Notes under the pieces: generated by a model
The model's input: only the letters and a program-made list of their open reading frames with translations
Told to the model about the DNA's origin: nothing
Database searches by the model: none
Position numbers and translations under genes: made by a program
NCBI GenBank assembly: GCA_963770835.1
Contig: CAVYRH010000008.1
Coordinates: 186,692 to 250,691 of the forward strand
DNA: 64,000 nt
From: an uncultured Pseudomonadota bacterium
Lineage (GTDB): Bacteria > Oederibacteriota > Muellerivitia > Muellerivitales > Muellerivitaceae
Direction: 5' to 3'
Shown here: positions 18,957 to 28,354 of the stretch, one piece after another
How positions within the stretch are numbered: the first letter of the stretch is position 1
Layout of the letters: each line of letters begins with the position of its first letter

Positions 18957-21144
18957 CGGTCAGCCTCCATATCTGTTCGCGCCGGTCAAAGCCCGGCTGT
19001 TCGGTCCAGGTATACTGGTTAAGGAATAAGTCGCCATGAATCTCAAAAGTGGAACTCAAGGGGCACTTTACTCCAAAGGCCCAGGAAGTCCGGGTCACGT
19101 CGAGGGCCTGGTAAGTGTAGCCCATGGTGGAAGTGTCAAAACAAGAAGCGTAATAGGCCAGTGTGGGCGGGCTGCCCGCGCCCGTCAGGGTGTATTCACT
19201 TCCGCTGGATTGGGCCAGTTCATAAGCTAGTGAGACAACCAGTCCCTCAAATAAGGGGACATGTGAAAAGGGTCCGGCGTCCGCCGCGGCGATGAAGTTG
19301 TCGACGGCAAAAGGCGGGCCACCCATGCCTAGATCGGTGGTTTGGTGCTTGAAGTCGACCGACAAAGAACAGGTTTTCGGCAGTCCATCCAGGGCCTTGG
19401 CGAGGTTGGCCGTGAGCGCGCCTTCAAACCCACCAAAGGTCCTCGTGGTAGAAGGGCCGCCGATGATCGTCGTTCCAGCGGTATCCGGCTGGAGTTCCTT
19501 CATGCCCAGGTCGTAGGAAGCTTGGGGCTTGAACCAGCCGTTGCGGCCGATTCCGGCGGAGAACCCCAGGACGAAGCCTTCCCGGTCCGGGGTCGAGTAT
19601 CCGTAGGGGAGGATATTCTCCGCCAAGCGGTCATAGGGCGCCAGGGTGGGCCGGTTGACGCTTTGGAAGATGTAATTATTGAGGTAGCCGTTCAGGCCAT
19701 CGTCCAAGATCGAATATCCTCCTACGGCGAAGGGAGTGAAGCGGTTGGTCTGGGCCCCCGGTGAGTAAAAATGGGACCCGTTATCGAGGAATTTCACCGT
19801 CAGATGGGCTTGGTCGACGTTGAAATCCCCGTTAGCGAGGAAGGCTCCGTCGGCAATCGAGCCTTGGGGATTGCTGGCATCGTCCTGGTAAAAGCTACCC
19901 GCGTATTCGGCCGACGCCTTAAACCTGACCGCTTCGGCAATGGGCAATTCACCATTTAAGGAAAGGCTTCCTACCTGATATTGCCGAACATAAGTTGAAA
20001 GATTGGCGGGGTTATAGATGACATAGGAATCCGCGTTGTCGTCCCAAAGCAGCAGGCCCGTTCCCTTCAACTCCAGATGGTTGTCAAAAAACTCCGCGGC
20101 CGCCTCACTCCCGGCGTAATAGTCGCTAAAATTATTCGGCGTGGCTGACTGCATCTGGCCTGCCATGGCTTGCAGGTGGAAGGAGCTCAGGGCCGGAAAA
20201 CTTTTGTCCAGGGCCTGGTCCGAGGCGGCCTCAAAGCCCCGCATGTGCTCATCCGGGCCATGGTCCATGTAAACCATTTCTTCCAGGTCCTTGCGGACCC
20301 GGTAATAGGAAGTGGGTTCGATAAAGGTATAAACGGGTACCTCGTAGTTCCAAAGGGTCAGGGGGGTATAGCTCCGGTAGAAGTCCCCCGCCGTCAGGTT
20401 GGCCACCTCGTTGGTATTCGTCAAGGAAATCCACCGCAGGCTGAATTCGGGTTGATTGGGGTCGGCGTAATAAAGCCCGACAGTGCGGGTCAAGCGGAGA
20501 TCCGCGTCAAAAAGCACGAAGGGGACCGGCACGCTCTTGAAAATGAGGTCGCCGAAAAGGATGTCGTTGTAATCCATGGGCCCATAGATGGCGTTGGGCC
20601 CGAATCCGCGGTAGGTGTTGAAATAACCCCGAGAGTAGCCGGAAATGTTCGTGCCGGTTTGTTTCAGGTACTCCTGCTGGAGCGACTCGAATCCCTCATT
20701 CCGATGTTCCTGGTCGTAAATGCGGTTCTCCAGCTTGAATACGTCCACATCCATGGCGGAAAGTTCGGCTTTAAATTCCTCAGCCAGTTGTTGGAGGCTC
20801 TTGGCCGCTCGGTCCGGCACCTGGGTGGCCTTATCCTCCGCCGGGGAGGGCGGCGCCTGGGCGAGATAGATTTGGGCGGCGTGCGAAGTCAGTTGCGCCA
20901 CTTCCAGGTTGGTCATCTCCCCAGCCGGTTTGGAGGAAGGGTCGGCCAGGCCGGCCGCCACTAGGTCTTCCACGGCGGAGTTAATCCAGCCGTCACGGAC
21001 AGTCGTGGTCAACGCCCCGTGTTCGGCGAAAGCTGGAACCGAAGTTCCCGCCGCCAAGGCCACAAACAACAAGATGGTTATTTTTCGTTTCATTTCGCTG
21101 CTTCTTTTTTTACCTTCATGGTTTTTCACTTTCCCGTTTTTCAT
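18940..21144 (-). CDS. Putative outer-membrane protein: SLH-like domain, coiled coil and beta-barrel (paralog 2); likely start 21093
   Basis: WINSAVEDLVAAGL...MTNLEVA; LQQLAEEFKAELSAMDV..LE stalk motif; shares GDF...YTPLTLWN and YDR...PYG..TP.R.G with paralog 3; ends DEVSF. Confidence 0.7.
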   Translation of the reverse strand: MKNGKVKNHEGKKRSSEMKRKITILLFVALAAGTSVPAFAEHGALTTTVRDGWINSAVEDLVAAGLADPSSKPAGEMTNLEVAQLTSHAAQIYLAQAPPSPAEDKATQVPDRAAKSLQQLAEEFKAELSAMDVDVFKLENRIYDQEHRNEGFESLQQEYLKQTGTNISGYSRGYFNTYRGFGPNAIYGPMDYNDILFGDLIFKSVPVPFVLFDADLRLTRTVGLYYADPNQPEFSLRWISLTNTNEVANLTAGDFYRSYTPLTLWNYEVPVYTFIEPTSYYRVRKDLEEMVYMDHGPDEHMRGFEAASDQALDKSFPALSSFHLQAMAGQMQSATPNNFSDYYAGSEAAAEFFDNHLELKGTGLLLWDDNADSYVIYNPANLSTYVRQYQVGSLSLNGELPIAEAVRFKASAEYAGSFYQDDASNPQGSIADGAFLANGDFNVDQAHLTVKFLDNGSHFYSPGAQTNRFTPFAVGGYSILDDGLNGYLNNYIFQSVNRPTLAPYDRLAENILPYGYSTPDREGFVLGFSAGIGRNGWFKPQASYDLGMKELQPDTAGTTIIGGPSTTRTFGGFEGALTANLAKALDGLPKTCSLSVDFKHQTTDLGMGGPPFAVDNFIAAADAGPFSHVPLFEGLVVSLAYELAQSSGSEYTLTGAGSPPTLAYYASCFDTSTMGYTYQALDVTRTSWAFGVKCPLSSTFEIHGDLFLNQYTWTEQPGFDRREQIWRLTDEVSF

Positions 21145-21147
21145 CCG

Positions 21148-23805
21148 TCAAAACTCGAAAAGGAAGTACGAATAATACTGGTTTGCCTGGTAGTTGTTGG
21201 CTGGGAGGTAGGCGTCCTGGAAAGTAATGTGTTTATAGCGGAACTCGAACTTCCCCCCGCCCCAAGGCAAGTCGTAGGCGAAGCCCGCTCCCAAGGCATC
21301 GGTCCGGTAATCCACCAAGGGATAGGTGTAGTTCGACCTCCAAAATTCCAGGCCGTAGTCGGCAAGGAAATTGAGGTTCCGAACCACGCCGCACATCAAA
21401 GCCGCGTCATAAGCCGTCTGGTGGAACATGTCGGGGATATTGGCCAGGGTCTGTCCGGGCCGGTTCGGGTCGGAAAGACCGGCCACTGCGGGGTCGGTCG
21501 TGGTGCCTGAAACCCCGTGGTCCGTGAAGAAAAAGGAGCCGTAAAGCGGGGTCGGCAGCTGGAACATCTTGCTGAACTGCAATTTAGCAGTCAGGGTGAT
21601 GTAATTGTAAGTCTTCAAGTCGTCCAGGTTGACGTAAAGATTGTGCCCGCCACTGGTGACGGGAGGCGCCCCTACCGGAATCGGTTGGCCGCCAGCGCTG
21701 ACCGGGGCGCTGATGGGCAGGATCATGGGGATCCGTTCACTATCGATTCCGGCGAAACGGAGGACATAAGCATAGTCGTTGGCCGCAGTGCCGGACCAGT
21801 TGGCGTCGTTCCGGGCGGCTTCGATATTATTGACGTATTGCTCCCCGCCCGGATGGATGCCGCTGAAGCCGTCCCAAACCGCCCCCCCGAACAATCCCGT
21901 GTCGTCGGGATAAAGGACCGAGATCAGGTTGTAGGGCTCCACGTCGTAATAACCCGTTTCGTCCGCCACCACCGTGTATTCGGTCTTTTGGGCCACGTCG
22001 AAGTTGATCACCACGTCGTCCAGGAAATCGGGCAGGGATTTGGTCCAGCTTTCCTGGCGGCCCTTCCATCCCAGGTTTGCCCGCCACCCATAGCGGTCGC
22101 TGATGAGGTCATCCACCATTCCGACGAAGCCGAACTGGTCGTTCATCGCCGTACCGTTGTTGTAGAGTGCGGTCGGGTAACCGTTGTAAAACCCGTATTT
22201 CCAGAATTGGATTCCGGTCAGGATAACCTTGCTCTGGAAATTGGCGTAACCATCACTGATGGCCGTGTAATAAAGGGTCAAGGGATAGATATTTAAGGAA
22301 GCCTGGCCGGCGGGGGCCTCCAGGGCTTGGGGGGTACCGGTATTGGCTTGGAAACCCGTCACCGCCGCGCTGTTGCCGCTGAAATAACCCGTGTAAAGAT
22401 GGGAAAATCCTCCTTCGAGGTCCAAAAAGGCCGGTTTCAAGTCGATGGCGATATCGGCAGCGTAATCCCGTAGGTCCATGGCAGGCTGGCCTCCAGGCTC
22501 AACCGTCGTCACGCCGCTGTTTATGATGGTGGCGCCCTGGGCGACCCCAAAATTATCGTTCACCCAAATCGTGGAAAAGGAGGTCTGGATGCCGCCCGGC
22601 CAGGGCTGGGTGTACTTGATTCCCTCCTCCCAACGCTGAGTGTAACTTCCTGTCGTCTCCCCGGGGGAGGATAAGAAGTCGTTGAGGGATATGGCCCCGG
22701 GGGTGGTATCGGCCCCGCTGGGGCCCATACGGCCCACGAGTATCGTGGCCTTGGCATCCTGGCTCACCAGCGGCAGGTGAGTACCTAGCATGTAAAGTCC
22801 GTCAAAAACTTTAGCGGATTGGTTCTGGGTGATCCAGGAATTATAGCTGGGCACGTAGCCCAAGTTGTTCATGTAATCGTCCCAGTTCTTCGTGTTCTTG
22901 TCTGTGGAATACCGTTTGATATCGAAGGGATCCTCGAACCTCAGTTGCCCGGGATAGGCGCCTCGGGTGAAATCTCCCATGTCCACATCGCTGGTGTAAT
23001 CCTCTACCGCAATCGTATTGCTCCAGCTCCCCAGCATGCCGTTCATGTTGAAGTTGACCGTGGGGCTAAAAAGATAGATGGAGGCCGGCTGGGACGGGGT
23101 GGCGGTGACGGAGGAATAAATATAGGTTCCCAAGCCCATGCTGAAGGAACCCACGCCGCCTAGGTCCCCCCAAACCCCCAGGTTTTCCTCGTTCTTGACC
23201 GAGGTGGCCGCGACTTGGGTGATACCCGAGAGTCCCAAATTTTCCACGCGGATGTCAGCGATGGAAGTGAAACGGGGGTTGCTGGAGGACTTGTTGGCCT
23301 TACGGAACTCGGCGTTGATCTGGTCCTGGGCATCGTTCAATTTTTGGAGTTCGTCTTCTTGTTGTTGGATGCGGTAATCGTCCAGGGCCAGGCGGGTGTT
23401 GAGGTAATCCGCCTCCTCGTCCAATTCCTTGAGCAGGCTGTCAATTTCCGCGGCCACCGTCGGATTAGGCGGGGCCTTGGGCGCTAAAGGAAGCGGAAGG
23501 CTTGAGGATTGAGGGGTGGGAGTTCCATTGGCCGGGGTGGTATTGGATTTAAGTTTTTCCTTCGCCTTCTCGGTGTAAAAAGCCAGTTCCAAGCGGGTGA
23601 CGATACGTCCTTGGTCCAGGACCGCCTGGTCCTGGGGATCGAGGAGTCCGTAAGCCTCCAGGGCCTTTACCCGCTGGTAAAGCGGTTCGCCGGGTGCGAC
23701 CTGCAGGGAAGGATCGGCAAAAAGGGGCGCCACCCCGAGGAGGGAAAAGAAGGCCGTGAGAAGAAAGAAGCCGGGGACAATTTTTATCCGGAAGGTCAAT
23801 GCCAA
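21148..23805 (-). CDS. Putative outer-membrane protein: SLH-like domain, coiled coil and beta-barrel (paralog 1)
   Basis: LYQRVKALEAYGLL...VTRLELA, long coiled coil, beta-rich body, ends YFLFEF. Confidence 0.65.
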   Translation of the reverse strand: MALTFRIKIVPGFFLLTAFFSLLGVAPLFADPSLQVAPGEPLYQRVKALEAYGLLDPQDQAVLDQGRIVTRLELAFYTEKAKEKLKSNTTPANGTPTPQSSSLPLPLAPKAPPNPTVAAEIDSLLKELDEEADYLNTRLALDDYRIQQQEDELQKLNDAQDQINAEFRKANKSSSNPRFTSIADIRVENLGLSGITQVAATSVKNEENLGVWGDLGGVGSFSMGLGTYIYSSVTATPSQPASIYLFSPTVNFNMNGMLGSWSNTIAVEDYTSDVDMGDFTRGAYPGQLRFEDPFDIKRYSTDKNTKNWDDYMNNLGYVPSYNSWITQNQSAKVFDGLYMLGTHLPLVSQDAKATILVGRMGPSGADTTPGAISLNDFLSSPGETTGSYTQRWEEGIKYTQPWPGGIQTSFSTIWVNDNFGVAQGATIINSGVTTVEPGGQPAMDLRDYAADIAIDLKPAFLDLEGGFSHLYTGYFSGNSAAVTGFQANTGTPQALEAPAGQASLNIYPLTLYYTAISDGYANFQSKVILTGIQFWKYGFYNGYPTALYNNGTAMNDQFGFVGMVDDLISDRYGWRANLGWKGRQESWTKSLPDFLDDVVINFDVAQKTEYTVVADETGYYDVEPYNLISVLYPDDTGLFGGAVWDGFSGIHPGGEQYVNNIEAARNDANWSGTAANDYAYVLRFAGIDSERIPMILPISAPVSAGGQPIPVGAPPVTSGGHNLYVNLDDLKTYNYITLTAKLQFSKMFQLPTPLYGSFFFTDHGVSGTTTDPAVAGLSDPNRPGQTLANIPDMFHQTAYDAALMCGVVRNLNFLADYGLEFWRSNYTYPLVDYRTDALGAGFAYDLPWGGGKFEFRYKHITFQDAYLPANNYQANQYYSYFLFEF

Positions 23806-24074
23806 CCTCGTAACGTTATTGAAGTCATCTCAAGAAGCGCCCCGGACAGAAGAAGGGGTTTTCCATCCAAGAAGGAGTAGGCCTTGAAAAAATTTATCCT
23901 AACGCCACTATAACAGGACAAAAAAAATCGGGAAATAGAATATCGGTTTTTTTAAAAAAGCAGCTGAAACATACTGAAGCGAGTTTCACTAAAATTTAAG
24001 TTTGACTTCAACCGGGTAGGACGAAATAGCTGCCTTCTTCCTGGTGAACCCCAGCGTTCTCAAGTGCATCCGAC

Positions 24075-24110
24075 AAAAGAAAAGCCCGCTCTTTTGAGGA
24101 GCGGGCTTTC
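24075..24110 (-). terminator. Rho-independent terminator after the GH44 gene
   Basis: AAAGCCCGCTC-loop-GAGCGGGCTTT stem followed by a T-rich tract on the minus strand. Confidence 0.8.
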
Positions 24111-24127
24111 AAAATTATCCACTACTC

Positions 24128-26710
24128 CTATTTCAAAACAACCAGGAGCGCCGAAAAGGCGGGCACTTCGATCTCCACCTTGGGGCCCGTGGCAGCTATT
24201 TCCCCCGAGTCGTAAAGCCGCTTCCCCGCCGTCTCGGCCAGGGTGTAAACGTGGTAGGACTTCGCCGCCACCGGCATTTCCAAGGCGGTGTCGATTTCCG
24301 AATCGTGGTTCTTGTTGACCAGGACCACGAAGGTTTTGACTCCGTCCCTGGCCGCGAAGGAATAAAGGTCCGGCGAGGAGCTGGTGCTGTTCACGTAGTT
24401 CCCGCCAACCCTGTCGCCCTGCCCGTCGTAGTTGCTATAAAGCCGGTGCCCGAAAAAGGTCCAGTTGCCGTCCGTAGTTGAACCCCAATCGCAGGCCATA
24501 TCCATTCCCTCACGCATGAAGATTCCCAGGTTCACGGCCTCCAGCAAACTCCCGTGGTAATAGTGGGAACTGGCCGGGTAATACTCGGTCATGGAAAGCT
24601 TGGTGCCGGGATAATCCTCCGCGATCATTTTTTTCAACTTGGGGATCAAGCCCACCCATGGGTCCCAAAGGTAGGGCTTGTTGCCCGGATTCGCGCACCA
24701 GCTGTCAGGGCTCTCGAAAGTGGGGTCCCAGAAAATCCGCATGGCCTCAAACTGTTTGGGCGTCAACACCGGATCGTAAGCGAAATCGCCTAGCACATTG
24801 ACCTTGTTGCCCTTGCCGTCAGTGCCCCAAACCTCGGGGAAGCCGTGGTCGTCCACGTAATCGATCAGGCGTTTGCCGGCCAGTTTCGAGCGTTTGGCCA
24901 TTCCCTTGAGGAAATACTCCAATTGGGTGATATTGCCATGGGCCTTGCGGTCGGTCCACTTTTCCCCATCCCCTTCTTTTTTATAGCCTTTCTCGCCGCC
25001 CGGCATGTAATCCCAGGGCGAACCCGCCAGTTCCATGACGCCCCAAGCCGTAAAGCCGATCACTTGGGCGTTGGGATCCGTGGTCTTCACGGCCGCCGCG
25101 TATTTGGCGTTCAGGTCCACCAGGTCGTCGAAACCGATGCCCTTGGGGACCACATCCCGATGGTTCTCGTTCCACAATCCAGGTTCATTGTCCATCTGGT
25201 AGAACCTCACCCCGCCCTTGGACGAGGAGCCGAAGTCTTGAATCAGGGTCTTGACCCATTCCGCCTGGTCTTTCGGCGTCGAAGGGAGGTAGTTGTAATT
25301 CGGGTCATTGCCCCATAATTTCTTGCCGTCTGCCGTTTCTCCCTTGCCCAATCCCGGTTCGCCACCGGGGGCTTCGGTCGGGAAAAGCGACAAGGGAAAG
25401 GAACCGAACTTCGCCCCGCCTGCGGGCGGGGCCTTCGCTACCCAGCCGCTGATGGGGATGGTGATGATGGGGGTAGCTCCACCGGAAAACGTGTCTTGGA
25501 CGAATTTATAATAACGCTTGTCCTTTTCGGCGATGCCAACCGGCCCGCCGCTGTTCAAATAAAACCAATCGGCACCATGGTTGTCGGCGTCGTCCTTCCA
25601 GTTGTAACCGGTGGTGTCGTTACCTCCCCAGCGGTTGACGATACCGCCCACTTTTTTAAGGGTCTCACCATCGAGGTAATTGAACCCGTAGATGTAAGGG
25701 GAAATGGCGTGTCCGTCCTTGGCTGAGACCGAAACCACGGCCGTGGCCACCGCCTTGGGGTTCAAGAGGACCGTTACCGACTGGTAGGAAGAAGTCTGTT
25801 TGTCGTTGGCCGAAGCCACGCTCACCACGTGGCTGCCGTTACCCGGAAGCGCCGAGGGCGGCAGCTTGACGCGCCGCTTTTCCCCGCCGTCCACCCGGCC
25901 CACCACTTTGCCGTCCACTTCCACCAGGTATCGCGTGATGCCTGAATCGTCGGCTTTGTCCCAAACCACCTCCACGCCGCCCGGCACTTTGACCCAGCCC
26001 AGGTTTTCCACGGGAGTGACCAGTTGGGTGTCGGTAAAATAGATTTTATCGATATCCACGTAGACGAGCTTGTTTTCCGGGTAGCTGCCAGCAAGGTCAA
26101 ACCGGATGGTCTTGACCTGGGTCATATCAAGCTTGGAGAGGCTGGGCAGGGCCGCGATGGGGATCACCACCTGCGTCCAATCCGCGCCGATCTGGTGCCC
26201 TTCCGCGAAATCGCTCACCTTAACATTGCCGGTTTGGGCGGAGTCCGAGGTGCCGGTCAAAGCCAGGTTGAAATCCACCCCTGGCGCGTTGGTCTTGGCG
26301 TAAAAGACCAGGTACTTGGCCTGGGAAAAATCCAGTGAACTCCAGGAATTATTGAAAGCCAGCCCGCCGCCCGACCACATCTGGCCCCAGAACTTGTCGT
26401 TGGGTTTGGTCACCCAAGTGAATTCGTAGGCCAGGCATTTGCCTGTGTCCTCGCCGTCATAAACCACCCAATTGGAATGGTCCCCCAGGGTTTTGGAGTC
26501 GATCTTTTCCTTGCAAACGTCGTCGCGGAGGACGAATTGATGCTTGTCACCCACGCAAACGATGCTCACGCCCCCCTTTCCGTCCTTGCCCGAGGCGTCC
26601 ATCCAACAAGGGCCATAAAACTGGATTTCATCGTCCGCCCGCGCGGGGACCATCCCCGCCAGCAGGCTTGTGATAAGAAAACCTCCCAACCAAAGATGGA
26701 TTCGACGCAT
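24128..26710 (-). CDS. GH44 endoglucanase/xyloglucanase with N-terminal CBM-like and Fn3-like domains
   Basis: RWGGN..TGYNW, DNEPGLW...HRDVVP and SMTEYY motifs of GH44; signal peptide. Confidence 0.85.
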   Translation of the reverse strand: MRRIHLWLGGFLITSLLAGMVPARADDEIQFYGPCWMDASGKDGKGGVSIVCVGDKHQFVLRDDVCKEKIDSKTLGDHSNWVVYDGEDTGKCLAYEFTWVTKPNDKFWGQMWSGGGLAFNNSWSSLDFSQAKYLVFYAKTNAPGVDFNLALTGTSDSAQTGNVKVSDFAEGHQIGADWTQVVIPIAALPSLSKLDMTQVKTIRFDLAGSYPENKLVYVDIDKIYFTDTQLVTPVENLGWVKVPGGVEVVWDKADDSGITRYLVEVDGKVVGRVDGGEKRRVKLPPSALPGNGSHVVSVASANDKQTSSYQSVTVLLNPKAVATAVVSVSAKDGHAISPYIYGFNYLDGETLKKVGGIVNRWGGNDTTGYNWKDDADNHGADWFYLNSGGPVGIAEKDKRYYKFVQDTFSGGATPIITIPISGWVAKAPPAGGAKFGSFPLSLFPTEAPGGEPGLGKGETADGKKLWGNDPNYNYLPSTPKDQAEWVKTLIQDFGSSSKGGVRFYQMDNEPGLWNENHRDVVPKGIGFDDLVDLNAKYAAAVKTTDPNAQVIGFTAWGVMELAGSPWDYMPGGEKGYKKEGDGEKWTDRKAHGNITQLEYFLKGMAKRSKLAGKRLIDYVDDHGFPEVWGTDGKGNKVNVLGDFAYDPVLTPKQFEAMRIFWDPTFESPDSWCANPGNKPYLWDPWVGLIPKLKKMIAEDYPGTKLSMTEYYPASSHYYHGSLLEAVNLGIFMREGMDMACDWGSTTDGNWTFFGHRLYSNYDGQGDRVGGNYVNSTSSSPDLYSFAARDGVKTFVVLVNKNHDSEIDTALEMPVAAKSYHVYTLAETAGKRLYDSGEIAATGPKVEIEVPAFSALLVVLK

Positions 26711-26727
26711 GGACCAACCTCCTTAAA

Positions 26728-26849
26728 GTCAGCCATTAGCTTTTAGCTGATGGCGGTTAGCAACAAATTCTAAAAGCCAAACAAAACCTTACGAAAGTTC
26801 CGAGGATTTTCGACCCTAGCTAAAAACCAACAGCTAACGGCTATCGGCT
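26728..26849. repeat. Heptamer-based palindromic intergenic repeat
   Basis: TCAGCCA-TTAGCTT-TTAGCTG-ATGGCGG-TTAGC arm and complementary AGCTA-periodic arm at 26816-26849. Confidence 0.5.
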
Positions 26850-28132
26850 TACTTATTGAAGTACTTCTTATTAATATCCGCCGTCAGCTTGGGCAGGACC
26901 TCCGCGGGGGTCTTTTCCCCTTCCCAAACCGGGTCCAACGCCGGCCCCACTTGGCCGTACCAGATTTCATCCCAATTTTTGAGGAAAGGGGAGAAGTGGG
27001 AATATTGGGGCATGTCCAGGAGGATCTTCTTGTTCGGCGGCTCTGGATTTTTCAGGAAGGCGTCGGACTCGGCGACTTTCACCAGGGCGGGCTGGATCAA
27101 GCCCGTGGCCGCCATTTTCGACTCCAGATCCGCTCCCGCGATTTCCTTCAAGACCCTCCAGGCCTTTTCCTTGTCCTTGCAACCGCTCCAGATGGCGTAA
27201 CCCGTACCCCCCGTGCCCCAACCGCGCTTACCCGTGGGTCCCTTGGGGAACTCCACCACGTCGAAAGACAGGCCTTTTTCCACAAAAGAGGGGGTATGCC
27301 AGATTCCCGAGCACATCATGGCCACCTGGCCGTTGAGGAACATATCCGCCGCCCCGTTGCCGAAGTTGAAACCCTGGATTTCACTGGGCGTCGGCGACAC
27401 GTGCCACTTGTAGATCATGTCGTAACGGAACTGGTAGGCCTCCAGGGCCTGGGGGCTGTCCAGGGCCAGGCGGGTGGGGTTCGTTTCACTGTCCATGAAA
27501 TAGCCGCCGTCGCTCAAAAGAAAAACATCCGCGGCGGTGCCGTAAGGGTCCGCATAGGCCCAACGGGTGATCTTACCGGCGGCGTCTTTTTTCACCAGTT
27601 TCTGGCAAAGGGACAGGAAGGGCTCGGGCCACTGGAGCTTATCGGTGGGATAGGGCACCCCCGCTTCATCGAAGACCTTCTTGTTGTAATAAAGAAGGCC
27701 CACGGGGGCGATGTCGGAAGGAAGGGCGTAAATCTCGCCGCCCGGGCTGAAGCGGGCAAGGATAGTGGGGAAATAATCCTTGGGGTCCATGTTGTCCCGC
27801 TTGAAATAGGGCGTCAGGTCCTCAAAAGCCCCCCGCATGTACATGTCGGAAAACCGGCTGGTTTCCACGCTGATGATGTCGGGCGCGTCGTTCGCCGCCA
27901 TCTCTACGGTAATCTTGTCCTGGTATTCGTTATAAGGAATGTTTTCCACCACAATCTTAAGGCCGGGGTATTTGGTTTCGATTCCCCGGATGGCTTCGGA
28001 GATGAGCTGCACCACCTGGCGGTCGGTGGCGAAAATGGAAACCCGGATAGGTTTCTCCTTGTGCATGCAACCCAAGCCCCCTAAAAGGCAGGCGGCCGCC
28101 GCCAGGAAAAACACCGGCAAAAATTTCCGCAT
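26849..28132 (-). CDS. Sugar ABC transporter substrate-binding lipoprotein (SBP family 1)
   Basis: Lipobox GLGC, APDI, YALP, LLYYNKKVFDEAGV, FLNGQVAM; start MRKF at 28132 with GGAGG RBS. Confidence 0.9.
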   Translation of the reverse strand: MRKFLPVFFLAAAACLLGGLGCMHKEKPIRVSIFATDRQVVQLISEAIRGIETKYPGLKIVVENIPYNEYQDKITVEMAANDAPDIISVETSRFSDMYMRGAFEDLTPYFKRDNMDPKDYFPTILARFSPGGEIYALPSDIAPVGLLYYNKKVFDEAGVPYPTDKLQWPEPFLSLCQKLVKKDAAGKITRWAYADPYGTAADVFLLSDGGYFMDSETNPTRLALDSPQALEAYQFRYDMIYKWHVSPTPSEIQGFNFGNGAADMFLNGQVAMMCSGIWHTPSFVEKGLSFDVVEFPKGPTGKRGWGTGGTGYAIWSGCKDKEKAWRVLKEIAGADLESKMAATGLIQPALVKVAESDAFLKNPEPPNKKILLDMPQYSHFSPFLKNWDEIWYGQVGPALDPVWEGEKTPAEVLPKLTADINKKYFNK

Positions 28133-28354
28133 GAAAACCTCCGTCAAGAAATGGCCTTTAGAAGCATAGCCAAGAACCCCTTCCTTTTCTATGACCAAGG
28201 ACATTCCCTTGTTAGAATCGCGTGAAACTTTTTCACTTTAGTTTCTCCGGTTTTCACCCTTTTGATTGAAGGGCATGGGAAAGATGTCATAATTCCTTCT
28301 TGCCATGACCGCCCCGATTTCTCATCCAATGATCCCGCTTCACAAGGAGGATTC

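Noticed and set aside
16608..23805. SusC/TonB-dependent receptor assignment for the three large proteins
   Set aside because: No TonB box or plug motifs seen; the N-termini are SLH-like with coiled coils
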